Source of the DNA: Thermoplasmata archaeon | GTDB taxonomy: Archaea > Thermoplasmatota > Thermoplasmata > RBG-16-68-12 > JAGMCJ01 | Assembly (NCBI GenBank): GCA_023136265.1 | Contig: JAGLRN010000034.1 | Span: 761-64,760 of the forward strand | Direction: 5' to 3' | Length of the DNA stretch: 64,000 nt | Part shown: piece by piece, positions 25,799 to 34,210 of the stretch | How the letters are laid out: each line of letters opens with the position of its first letter | How positions within the stretch are numbered: the stretch's first letter is position 1 | Translations under genes and position numbers: made by a program | Notes under the pieces: model-generated | Told to the model about the DNA's origin: nothing | Seen by the model: the letters and a program-made list of their open reading frames with translations, nothing else | Database searches by the model: none

Positions 25799-26521
25799 AT
25801 GACGGCCCGTCTGGGGATTATCACGGGTTCTGAGATGGAGATTTCCCGGATACTCGAAGGGACTAGGGAGGAAAGGGTCGGCACGCCCTTTGGCGATCCA
25901 TCTTCAGCCGTTCAGATGGGTCTGATCGAGGGGAAGGAGGTCGTTTTTCTATACCGACACGGAGAAGGGCACAGGCATCCCCCGCATAAAGTGAACCATC
26001 GTGCGAACATACAGGCCCTCTCGGACGCGGGCGTCACGAGGGTCATCGGGGCTTCTTCAGTCGGCAGCCTGAGGCAGGACATTCGACCCATGGATTTCGT
26101 CATCCCTTCGGACTTCGTGAGCTTTTGGAACATACCCACATTCCACGACGAGGAAGTCGTTCACGTCACTCCCGTTCTCGATCCAGAGCTCAGGAGGGAT
26201 CTCGTCACGTGCATAGGGGATTTGGGCTACACCGTCCATGACGGCGGCGTCTACGTCCAAACGACGGGGCCCAGGCTCGAGACGAAGGCGGAAGTCAACA
26301 TCTTCAAGGAGTTGGGAGACCTGGTGGGCATGACGATGGCGTCCGAGGCCACCCTGGCGGTAGAGAAGGGAATCGCCTACGCGAGCATATGCTGCGTTGA
26401 CAACTACTGCCATGGTTTGGCGGACGAGGTTTTCTCCTACGACGTTATCCTTGGGAATCAGAGGAGAAACGCCGAGAGGTTGTTCAACATCATCACGAGG
26501 GTCATTGAGGTGCTTGCTTGA
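25799..26521 (+). CDS. mtnP: 5'-methylthioadenosine / purine nucleoside phosphorylase (PNP/MTAP family)
   Basis: HGEGHRHPPHKVNHRANIQAL is the MTAP-type phosphate-binding motif. 240 aa. 4-nt overlap with the next gene. Confidence 0.8.
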   Translation: MTARLGIITGSEMEISRILEGTREERVGTPFGDPSSAVQMGLIEGKEVVFLYRHGEGHRHPPHKVNHRANIQALSDAGVTRVIGASSVGSLRQDIRPMDFVIPSDFVSFWNIPTFHDEEVVHVTPVLDPELRRDLVTCIGDLGYTVHDGGVYVQTTGPRLETKAEVNIFKELGDLVGMTMASEATLAVEKGIAYASICCVDNYCHGLADEVFSYDVILGNQRRNAERLFNIITRVIEVLA

Positions 26522-27774
26522 GCATTCTCATCAAGGACGCCCTTCTCGATGGCGAGTGCAGGAACATACGCGTGGAAGGAAACAGAATCGCCTCCATCGA
26601 TTCGAAGGAGGGTGCGGACACGGTAGTCGACGGGAAGGGAAAGGCCGCCATCCCCGGGCTGGTGAACACCCACACGCACGCGGCCATGAGCCTTTTTCGC
26701 GGATACGCCGATGACATGCTCCTCCAGGACTGGCTGAACAACAGAATCTGGCCCCTCGAACGGAACCTGAAACCTGAGCACATATACTGGGGAACCAAGC
26801 TCGCATGCCTTGAGATGATTAAGTCTGGCACGACGTGCTTCAATGACATGTACTTCTTCATGCAGGAGACCGCCAGGGCCGCTGAGGAGATGGGCATCAG
26901 GGCCGTCCTGAGCGAAGGGTTCACGGACCTGTTGAATCCCGACGTGGGAAAGGAGAAGTTCCAAAGCTCCATCTCCCTCGTTGAATCGATCCGGTCGATG
27001 AAGAACGATAGGATTGTCCCCGCCCTTGGACCTCACGCGATATACACGGTGTCTCCTGAGAGCCTTCAGATGATCTCTGAATACGCGGAGAAGGAGGACC
27101 TTCTGGTCCACTTTCACCTGTCCGAGACGGAGGATGAGGTGAGCGCGTGTGTCGAGAGGCATGGCAAGAGGCCAGTTGAATTCCTTGAGGAAATCGGATT
27201 CCTGAACCCCCGTCTGGTTGCCGCCCACTGCATCTGGCTGAACAAGAAGGAGATCGAGCTCCTCAGGAAGCACGATGTCAAGGTGTCCCACAATCCCGTT
27301 TCGAACATGAAGCTCGCGGTTGGGAAAGCCATACCATACAGGGAGATGAAGGAAGCGGGGCTTCTCCTCTCTCTGGGGACCGACGGCTGCGCGTCGAACA
27401 ACACGCTGGACATGCTCGAGACGGTGAAGTTCGCGGCGCTCTATCAGAAGGCGTACACGGGCGACCCGACAGTCCTCCCCGCCGAAGAGGCGGTTGCCCT
27501 GGCGACGGAGAACGGTGCCAGAGCGCTTGGCATCGACGCAGGGGAGATAGCTCCTGGAAAGCTGGCGGACATCGTCCTGATTGACTTGAGGGCGCCACAG
27601 CTCCATCCTGGCCACAACCTGGTGTCGGACCTGGCGTACGCTGCGAACGGATCGTGTGTTGACACGGTGATCTGCGATGGGAAGATACTGATGCAGGACA
27701 GGAAGGTCGAGGGAGAGGATGAGATACTCGAAAGGGCCAGCGAGGCGGCTCTGGACCTGGTTGGGAATGAATAG
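26518..27774 (+). CDS. mtaD: amidohydrolase, 5-methylthioadenosine/S-adenosylhomocysteine deaminase-like
   Basis: Metal-binding HTHAAM near the N-terminus, HLSE and the DGCASNN motif of the MtaD/guanine-deaminase subfamily. Confidence 0.8.
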   Translation: MSILIKDALLDGECRNIRVEGNRIASIDSKEGADTVVDGKGKAAIPGLVNTHTHAAMSLFRGYADDMLLQDWLNNRIWPLERNLKPEHIYWGTKLACLEMIKSGTTCFNDMYFFMQETARAAEEMGIRAVLSEGFTDLLNPDVGKEKFQSSISLVESIRSMKNDRIVPALGPHAIYTVSPESLQMISEYAEKEDLLVHFHLSETEDEVSACVERHGKRPVEFLEEIGFLNPRLVAAHCIWLNKKEIELLRKHDVKVSHNPVSNMKLAVGKAIPYREMKEAGLLLSLGTDGCASNNTLDMLETVKFAALYQKAYTGDPTVLPAEEAVALATENGARALGIDAGEIAPGKLADIVLIDLRAPQLHPGHNLVSDLAYAANGSCVDTVICDGKILMQDRKVEGEDEILERASEAALDLVGNE

Positions 27775-27785
27775 GAAGAGATCGC

Positions 27786-28346
27786 ATGCTGGAGAAGCTG
27801 AAGAAATCCATGGACGAGTGCCCGGTCGTGAAGTTCGGTGACTACGAGTACTTCGTACACCCCATTACGGATGGCATTCCGCTCGGGGACCCTGAGGTCC
27901 TGGAAGAGGTGACGGAGGCCATAATCAGCGTGGCGGACCTCGACTGCGACAAGATAATCACTGCGGAATCGATGGGTTTCCCCTTGGCAGCATCGCTCTC
28001 TCTGGCCACGGGCATCCCCTACGTCTTCATCAGGAAGAGGGAATATGGGCTCCCAGGTGAGACTTCAGTGAAGCAGCTCACTGGATACTCGGGCTCGGAC
28101 ATGTTCATCAACTCCATTGACGAAGGAGACAGGGTCGTCTTCGTCGACGACGTCCTGAGCACGGGCGGGACCATAAGGGCGATATTCCAGGCGTTGAGAA
28201 CTCTCAAGGCGGTTCTGGTCGACGTTGTGATTGTGTTCAACAAGAACCCGAACAAGGAGAAACTGGAGAAGGAACTGGGTACGAGAATCCAAACACTTCT
28301 CGACGTTCGTGTTGTGGACGGAAAGGTCGTGTGTACTCAGGGCTAA
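27786..28346 (+). CDS. type I phosphoribosyltransferase, hypoxanthine/guanine PRTase-like (purine salvage)
   Basis: PRPP-binding motif VVFVDDVLSTGGT. 186 aa, the archaeal HGPRT size. Lies in an operon with the MTAP and MtaD genes. Confidence 0.6.
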   Translation: MLEKLKKSMDECPVVKFGDYEYFVHPITDGIPLGDPEVLEEVTEAIISVADLDCDKIITAESMGFPLAASLSLATGIPYVFIRKREYGLPGETSVKQLTGYSGSDMFINSIDEGDRVVFVDDVLSTGGTIRAIFQALRTLKAVLVDVVIVFNKNPNKEKLEKELGTRIQTLLDVRVVDGKVVCTQG

Positions 28347-28396
28347 GATTCCCCCCTGGAAATGCCTTTCTGTGCATTTGCCAGTTCGCGCTGAGC

Positions 28397-28436
28397 TTAT
28401 CAGTTGTGATAATCAGTGCGAAATCCACTTAATAGT
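28397..28436 (+). promoter_or_regulatory. perfect inverted repeat TTATCA-N4-TGATAA followed by TATA-like ACTTAATAGT upstream of the DUF835-like/KaiC-like operon
   Basis: The inverted repeat occupies 28397-28412 and the TATA-like box 28427-28436. The likely start ATG is at 28470. Confidence 0.3.
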
Positions 28437-28469
28437 GGGGCTCAATTCTTTTCACTAGGCTGGGTCCTA

Positions 28470-29165
28470 ATGGTATACGAAACTGAAGTAATCGCCATGA
28501 GGGACGTGATATCCCAAATGATGAAGACCTCGCAGAATAGGCTCTTAGTGAACACTGACAGGGTCTACTTGGCGAAAACCAACCTCATCACGCTCAAGTC
28601 CCTTCTCGAGGAGGTGGGGCCCAGAGGGATCTTCTTGTCTATCAACCGACCCTACCACTACATGGCCCATCTGCTGAGGATCCACAAGGTCGACTACGAA
28701 GAGATGCTCTTCATCGACGCCATCTCCAAGATATCGGGGGAGAGGAAGATGGAGTGGAAGCAGACCACGTTCTTGGACAGCCCATTCCAGATTCCCAAGA
28801 TATTCGAGGACCTGCAGCTGATTGGTAAGACCTTGGACGGCTCCACAGCCATCATCAAGATCATCGAGGGCGACTTCGTTATGATAGACGACATCTCGGC
28901 GATCTTCCACTATAACGAGCTGGGAACCGGAAAGCGCTTCCTGAAGGAGTTCCTCGATGCTGTCGCCTCCAACCCGAAGTCATTCACTGCGTTCGCGATT
29001 GACCGGGAGACCCAGAGGGATACTTACGAGTTCCTGGCCGACCACTCCGACAGGTTGGTGGACATGGGCAACGCAGCCTTCATGGAGGTTCCCAAGGAGT
29101 TCCAGGAAGGGCACACCCCCATGCTACCGCCGTCAGAGGGCAAGAGAGGGATGGTCCATGAATGA
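28470..29165 (+). CDS. DUF835-like degenerate RecA/KaiC-fold protein (no Walker A)
   Basis: Start chosen at MVYETEV... (28470) on promoter spacing. ...PRGIFLSINRPYHYMAHLL... replaces the P-loop. 8-nt overlap with the downstream KaiC-like gene. Confidence 0.5.
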   Translation: MVYETEVIAMRDVISQMMKTSQNRLLVNTDRVYLAKTNLITLKSLLEEVGPRGIFLSINRPYHYMAHLLRIHKVDYEEMLFIDAISKISGERKMEWKQTTFLDSPFQIPKIFEDLQLIGKTLDGSTAIIKIIEGDFVMIDDISAIFHYNELGTGKRFLKEFLDAVASNPKSFTAFAIDRETQRDTYEFLADHSDRLVDMGNAAFMEVPKEFQEGHTPMLPPSEGKRGMVHE

Positions 29166-29841
29166 TGCGATCATAAGGCGGTCCAGCGGAACGCCCGGCC
29201 TGGATGAGATGATATCTGGAGGTTTCCCCTTCCCCTCGGTTCTCCTCGTTGCTGGGAGTGCCGGGACGGGAAAGACGACCTTCGCTCAGAAGTTCCTTTT
29301 CGAGGGTGCCAAGAACGGAGAGCAGTGCATATTCTTCACGACGCTCAGCGAGCCCACCCAGTGGATGTTGAGGTTCTCCTCCCAGTTCGAGTTCGTCGAT
29401 CCAGAGTACTTCGGCAGGGAGATAGTATACATCGACATAGGACACGACATAAGGGAGAGGGGCTCCCATGAGATCCTCGACGTCCTGGATGAGAAGATCG
29501 CCGAGATCATGCCACAGAGGATAGTCATCGATCCGATTACCATCGTTTGCGACTTCATAGAGGACAACTACAGGACATTCTTGTTCGATCTAGTCACTAG
29601 GCTGAAGAACTGGGATTGCGTGACGGTCCTGACGGGCGAGGTCGCTCCCGGTCAGCTTTATCCGCCGGAGATCGCCCACGCCGTGGACGGGATAGTCCTG
29701 CTCATGTACTCGCACGAAGGTGACGAGAGACGCAAGTACATCGAGGTCCTCAAGATGAGGGGAACGAACCATGTCACCGGAAAGCAGTCAATAGACATCA
29801 CAACCGAAGAGGGCATAGTCGTTCTCAAATCGAAGTTCTAG
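29158..29841 (+). CDS. KaiC-like single-domain RecA-superfamily ATPase
   Basis: Walker A AGSAGTGKTTFAQKFL. Walker B-like ...RIVIDPITI. 227 aa, the KaiC/RadA-paralog size. Confidence 0.75.
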   Translation: MNDAIIRRSSGTPGLDEMISGGFPFPSVLLVAGSAGTGKTTFAQKFLFEGAKNGEQCIFFTTLSEPTQWMLRFSSQFEFVDPEYFGREIVYIDIGHDIRERGSHEILDVLDEKIAEIMPQRIVIDPITIVCDFIEDNYRTFLFDLVTRLKNWDCVTVLTGEVAPGQLYPPEIAHAVDGIVLLMYSHEGDERRKYIEVLKMRGTNHVTGKQSIDITTEEGIVVLKSKF

Positions 29842-30008
29842 TAGGCCCGGAGAGCGGGCCAGAGCGTCATTATCGCACGTGATAATGGGAAAACAAGATG
29901 CTTATACTCTGCGCCTGCTGTTTCAAAGAGCCAACAGATAACGATGACCCCTCCTCCGAGGAAGGACGAGGCCCCATTTTCTTGGGATCTTTGCTTTCCT
30001 CACCCCCC

Positions 30009-30017
30009 TTTTTTTAT
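30009..30017 (+). terminator. oligo-T tract downstream of KaiC-like operon
   Basis: CCCCCCTTTTTTTATT lies ~170 nt after the stop at 29841. Confidence 0.25.
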
Positions 30018-30250
30018 TCGTGTAATGGGTGAGGATGGGCTAGGGAACTATTCGAGATCCTTCTTCCTCGTGTCCTTGAAAACGATGACGTTGAGGCTTA
30101 TGACCTCTTTTTCTTCGTCCTCCTCCTTTGGAAAAATCACGCTTTTGCCGTTGGGAAGGATTTTGTGGAATCTTAGCTTCATCTTATCAGTAAATCGTAG
30201 AGAGCCGGTTTATTTAAACTCAGTCTCACGGTTATCGAGAGTGATTCTCA

Positions 30251-30589
30251 TTACAGAATCTCAATCGTCTCCCAATCCTGCGTCACTGCCTGCTCATCCA
30301 GTGTGAGGACGAACCTCAGCCGGATGTCGTTGTCCTCAATGTGAATGTGCCCCTTGTTGAGATTGGCCTCGAAGAGCCTCACTACTCTTCCTCGCCGTGT
30401 GACGATTCTCTTCCTCACCGACAGAAGTCCTGCCCTCATGAGCAGGTTCAGCTTCCTGTAGCACGAGGCGATTGGAATCGAGTACTTCCCGCAGAGCTCG
30501 TACGCGGATTTCGGTGAGAGAAACGTCGCAACAAGGATGTGCTTCACATCATCATCGCGCAACAGTTTCAGCTTCTGATGGATGTTCAT
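30251..30589 (-). CDS. small winged-HTH regulator, paralog 2 (most divergent)
   Basis: Start set at MNIHQKLKLLRDDDVKHILVATF. This aligns residue for residue with the N-termini of paralogs 1 and 3. HTH YELCGKYSIPIASCYRKLNLLMRAGLL. C-terminal RLRF motif. Has its own TATA-like element (TTGATAAAAAG) in the 72-nt spacer. Confidence 0.5.
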   Translation of the reverse strand: MNIHQKLKLLRDDDVKHILVATFLSPKSAYELCGKYSIPIASCYRKLNLLMRAGLLSVRKRIVTRRGRVVRLFEANLNKGHIHIEDNDIRLRFVLTLDEQAVTQDWETIEIL

Positions 30590-30661
30590 CAGAGAACGTA
30601 TTAGTGTGACAAATAATGGCACTTTCGACCTTTTTATCAAAAGAGAGTATCAGAAGAGATA

Positions 30662-31006
30662 CTACTCCTTGGAATCGACGCCCGTCCAGTCCCCGCCGAA
30701 GTCCTTGATCACACCGGTGGTCAAGTGGAAGCGGACCCTGAGCCTTCCGCCTTCAAAGAAAACGTAAGCGTTCTTGAGCCTCGAGGTGTAGAGGTTCTTC
30801 CTCTTCCCCTTCTGCGTCAAAATGCGCTCTACGCACTCCACGAGCCCTATCTCCTCAAGGGCCCTGATCTTTCGATAGCAAGCAGCAATCGGTATCCCGT
30901 ACTTCCTGCTTATCTCTTGGGCGCTCAGTCTTCTCTTGAAAGTTGCCAAGAGGATCTTCGCCGTGTATTCATCCGTCAGCAGTTGAGAGGCTTCTAGCGG
31001 TGTCAT
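30662..31006 (-). CDS. small winged-HTH regulator, paralog 3
   Basis: 114 aa. MTPLEASQLLTDEYTAKILLATF...YGIPIAACYRKIRALEEIGLVECVE...GRLRVRFHL. ~70% identical to paralog 1. Confidence 0.6.
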   Translation of the reverse strand: MTPLEASQLLTDEYTAKILLATFKRRLSAQEISRKYGIPIAACYRKIRALEEIGLVECVERILTQKGKRKNLYTSRLKNAYVFFEGGRLRVRFHLTTGVIKDFGGDWTGVDSKE

Positions 31007-31134
31007 TCTAAACCCTCCCTGATACCCCCATGACGAGAAGTTCTCAGGTTATGGTTGTAGTTCGTATCACTTTCTGTATTTAAAGGCTTCCCTTAAGCTA
31101 TCAGCAAGGAGAACACAATTATCAGGATTGATAG

Positions 31135-31488
31135 CTACCTGGTTGGGATGGGGATCTTGATCCACGTGTTGTTGATGTCCTCGTCGTGGTTGAACTCAAG
31201 TCTGATTCTGAAATGCCCTTCCTGGAACATGATGCAGGCGCTCTTGAGCTGTGACTTGTAGAGCTTCATGTTCTTTCCCTTGGAGGTCGTGACGATCTTC
31301 TCGACCTCGATCAATCCAGCGTCCTCGAGGTCATGCATCTTGCGGTAGCAAGCGGCTATGGGGATATCGTACTTGTCGCTGATTTCCTGAACTGACCGCG
31401 GGTAGAAGTACGTCGCAACAAGAATCCTCTCTGCGTAGTCATTAGTCAGTAGTCTAGAGATTGCCTTCTCCCGCATTGCGATACTCAT
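31135..31488 (-). CDS. small winged-HTH regulator, paralog 4
   Basis: 117 aa. ...YAERILVATY...YDIPIAACYRKMHDLEDAGLIEVE...FRIRLEF. Directly downstream of the two-domain KaiC-like gene. Confidence 0.55.
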   Translation of the reverse strand: MSIAMREKAISRLLTNDYAERILVATYFYPRSVQEISDKYDIPIAACYRKMHDLEDAGLIEVEKIVTTSKGKNMKLYKSQLKSACIMFQEGHFRIRLEFNHDEDINNTWIKIPIPTR

Positions 31489-31557
31489 TCTCTACTTGAT
31501 TTAAGCACATTTCTATGCAATTATCAACGATGATACCCATACACCCGTTTCAGGCGG

Positions 31558-33072
31558 CTAGATTATCGGTGTGAGCATGGCCTTTGGACAGCCACTCGAG
31601 TGATCGAAGGAAATGGCATGGAGCTCGGTGTAGGGCTTCTCGCCGAAGAGAACAACGGAACCGTCTATGTTCTCGATCTTCAGATGGGTGTGGGCAAGAT
31701 TCGCGAGCGGTGCGGTGGAAGAAGTCGTTGACGTAACAATCCCTATGAAGATGTCCTTCGCCTTCCTGATCGACGACATGTGACCGGCCATATCCTCTAT
31801 CACTTGGTGACCGAAGACCGCCTCCAGGGTATCGAATCCCATCAGGGACAGGATCGGACGCTCCGCCTGCGAGAGATGATACTCGATGTTGCTCAATTTC
31901 AGCTCGTTGTCGATATCAGAACCCTCCATAGGGAGTGCTATCTTGGAATCCTCGACAGACGTTGTGGCGGACGGCTCGAACACGCGCATGCATCTCTCGA
32001 GCGCCTCCTGGCCGACAAAAGGCATGATTTCGTCCCTAACGATCTCCGAGGAGGCTTTCTTCTCGGGGACGAACGCAACTCCCCTGCCGAGTGAGATGAA
32101 ATTCGATAGGAGCGCGGTCTTGATGAGGTCGGTGTACAGCGTGTCGACATTCCCGCCTACCTCCAGAGCGACTATCGTACCCTTCTTGAATCCGCCTATC
32201 AGAGCGTCGAGTTGCTCGCTTCCCGTCGAGATCCAGTTCTCCGATATGTCCGGTATGGGTACCCAACTCGACTTCTCTTCCGGTATCTCAATCTTCTCGA
32301 AGCCGAAGGTCTTGATCCTCCCCCCGTCCAGAGTGTAGGCGCACTTGTGCTGCCTGATCTCGGTGCCGCGAAGCTTCTCGATCTTCATAATCCTCAAGCG
32401 TCTGCCCTCGTGTTCCTCGCTCGTGAACGTGATGACCCCGTCCCCAAGATAATCGAGCCGCGTCTCCCCAGGGCTCTCCAGCACATACAGGACATCGGAC
32501 GAGGAAGTCTCGACCAGGTCCTTCTGGAGTGTGTTCATTAGCTTCGAGGGGTGGATCCCGTATCTCTCCGCCAGCGCGTTGATGCTGTCTATCAGTATGA
32601 GGCTCTTCTCCGGGAGCGTGTCCTCGACCACATCATATGCCCTGTCGATCTCGGGGAGGTCCGATCCAAGGTCCAGGATGAGGCTGGTCTCCGTGACCTC
32701 GCCCTCGCTTATCTTGTCGTAAATGCTGCTCTCGTCCTCCTCGCCCATCTCTATCCTGCCCTCGAGCTTCTTGAGCTCCGTTCTGTCGACCTTGCCTTCC
32801 TCCTCCTCAGGCCTTTGGTCGAACCTTGTCGGGGCGATCCGCTTCTTGAACTCGACCCTGTCCTTGAGCCAAGGGAACTGGTTGTACAGGGAATGGTCGC
32901 TTACCCTGATCGACATGTAGTAGGAGTTCTCGACACTCCCCAGTTCCTCTGTCAGTTGCAGGGCGAACGTCGTCTTGCCCGTTCCCGCACTGCCCTTGAC
33001 TATCAGGGAATGTCCACCTGGCCCTTTGAAGAAATCCAGCAGCGCATTGGGAATACCCTTCTCTTCCTTCAT
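31558..33072 (-). CDS. two-domain KaiC-like RecA-superfamily ATPase (active N-domain, degenerate C-domain)
   Basis: 504 aa. Walker A GSAGTGKTTFALQ in domain 1, followed by a charged insert. Domain 2 (GGFKKGTIVALEVGGNVDTLYTDL) lacks a P-loop. Confidence 0.75.
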   Translation of the reverse strand: MKEEKGIPNALLDFFKGPGGHSLIVKGSAGTGKTTFALQLTEELGSVENSYYMSIRVSDHSLYNQFPWLKDRVEFKKRIAPTRFDQRPEEEEGKVDRTELKKLEGRIEMGEEDESSIYDKISEGEVTETSLILDLGSDLPEIDRAYDVVEDTLPEKSLILIDSINALAERYGIHPSKLMNTLQKDLVETSSSDVLYVLESPGETRLDYLGDGVITFTSEEHEGRRLRIMKIEKLRGTEIRQHKCAYTLDGGRIKTFGFEKIEIPEEKSSWVPIPDISENWISTGSEQLDALIGGFKKGTIVALEVGGNVDTLYTDLIKTALLSNFISLGRGVAFVPEKKASSEIVRDEIMPFVGQEALERCMRVFEPSATTSVEDSKIALPMEGSDIDNELKLSNIEYHLSQAERPILSLMGFDTLEAVFGHQVIEDMAGHMSSIRKAKDIFIGIVTSTTSSTAPLANLAHTHLKIENIDGSVVLFGEKPYTELHAISFDHSSGCPKAMLTPII

Positions 33073-33205
33073 TTGACACCCTACGTCAGTAAGGGCAACT
33101 CCCTTTTAGATGTTTTTCTCCTCGTTATCAGGAGTGAGAACGTCCGGCTGACGGAGATGATCGGTTACGGAGGCCTCTCTTGGGCACGCCGCCCGCCGAA
33201 AATGC

Positions 33206-34201
33206 TCACTTCCCGATGGCCTTGAAAGCCTCCCGCGCAACGTTCACGTCGTTCTGATGGAAGAGGAGACCCACTGCCTCGGCCTCCGTGCACCACTTGT
33301 ACTTATCGAACCTGGATTCGGGCTCTGGTTTTCCCTCGGGAGCACGCGCGAGGAAGTAGGTGACCTTCTTCCGGTAGTTGACGTCGTCCTGGGGCCAGTA
33401 ATAGGAGTACTCGACCTCACATAGCTCCCGCTCGATTTTTGTCGACCCGAGCCCCGTCTCCTCCTCCATCTCTCTCATGGCAGCGCGTTCCGGGGTCTCG
33501 CCCATCTCGATGTGACCTTTCGGAAGGCACCAGAGTTTCTCGCTCCTTTTGCGGATGAGAAGGATCCTTCCCCTCCTGTGGATGACGCCTCCAGCGGTCT
33601 TGACGGAGATATCTCTATTCCCCTTCCTGGCGGGCCTGCTGATAATCCTCACCTCCTCGGATTCTGCAAACTCCTTCGCCCTTTTCAGGTCTGACGTCAG
33701 GTGCTTCAGCAGCCGTCTGTTGTAGAGGACCGCCGCGGGGTGGTAGGTCGAGATTAGTGGCCTTCCCTCGTATTCCCTGGTTTCGAGCCGAGCCTCGGAC
33801 ACCTTCACGGACTTGCCGGCTAGGACGCTGTGCGCGAACGATCCTAGCGCCACGACTGCATAGGGGTCCACCGCATCGATGTACGCTTCCAGATGGGGTC
33901 GGCATTTCTCTATCTCGTCCTTTCTGGGGTTCCGATTCCCCGGCGGACGGCACCGAAGCACGCTCGTGATGAAAACGCCATCCCGCATCAGACCCGCCTT
34001 CTTGAGCGATTCGTTCAGGATCTTTCCCGCCGCTCCGACGAAGGGGCGACCTTGCTTGTCCTCCTCCCTTCCAGGGGCCTCCCCTACAAGGAATATGCGC
34101 GCGTTCCTGTCTCCCTCACCTGGAACCGCCCTCTCGCGTGTCTTCCACAGCCTGCACCTCCTGCATCGCCTTACCCGCCTCGCGAGTTCTTCCAGACTCA
34201 T
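33206..34201 (-). CDS. fusion protein: family-4 uracil-DNA glycosylase (4Fe-4S type) + NUDIX hydrolase
   Basis: N-terminal half has C-x2-C...GEAPG..E...G.PFVG.AG...R.DGVFITSVLRCRPPGNRNP...C and the HPAAVLY motif of UDG family 4. C-terminal half carries the NUDIX box GHIEMGETPERAAMREMEEETG. Confidence 0.75.
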   Translation of the reverse strand: MSLEELARRVRRCRRCRLWKTRERAVPGEGDRNARIFLVGEAPGREEDKQGRPFVGAAGKILNESLKKAGLMRDGVFITSVLRCRPPGNRNPRKDEIEKCRPHLEAYIDAVDPYAVVALGSFAHSVLAGKSVKVSEARLETREYEGRPLISTYHPAAVLYNRRLLKHLTSDLKRAKEFAESEEVRIISRPARKGNRDISVKTAGGVIHRRGRILLIRKRSEKLWCLPKGHIEMGETPERAAMREMEEETGLGSTKIERELCEVEYSYYWPQDDVNYRKKVTYFLARAPEGKPEPESRFDKYKWCTEAEAVGLLFHQNDVNVAREAFKAIGK

Positions 34202-34210
34202 CCCAGGCCT

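Noticed and set aside
28416-28469. Upstream extension (MRNPLNSGAQFFSLGWVL...) of the DUF835-like gene
   Set aside because: The extension would contain the inverted-repeat and TATA-like elements. The start at 28470 gives sensible promoter spacing.
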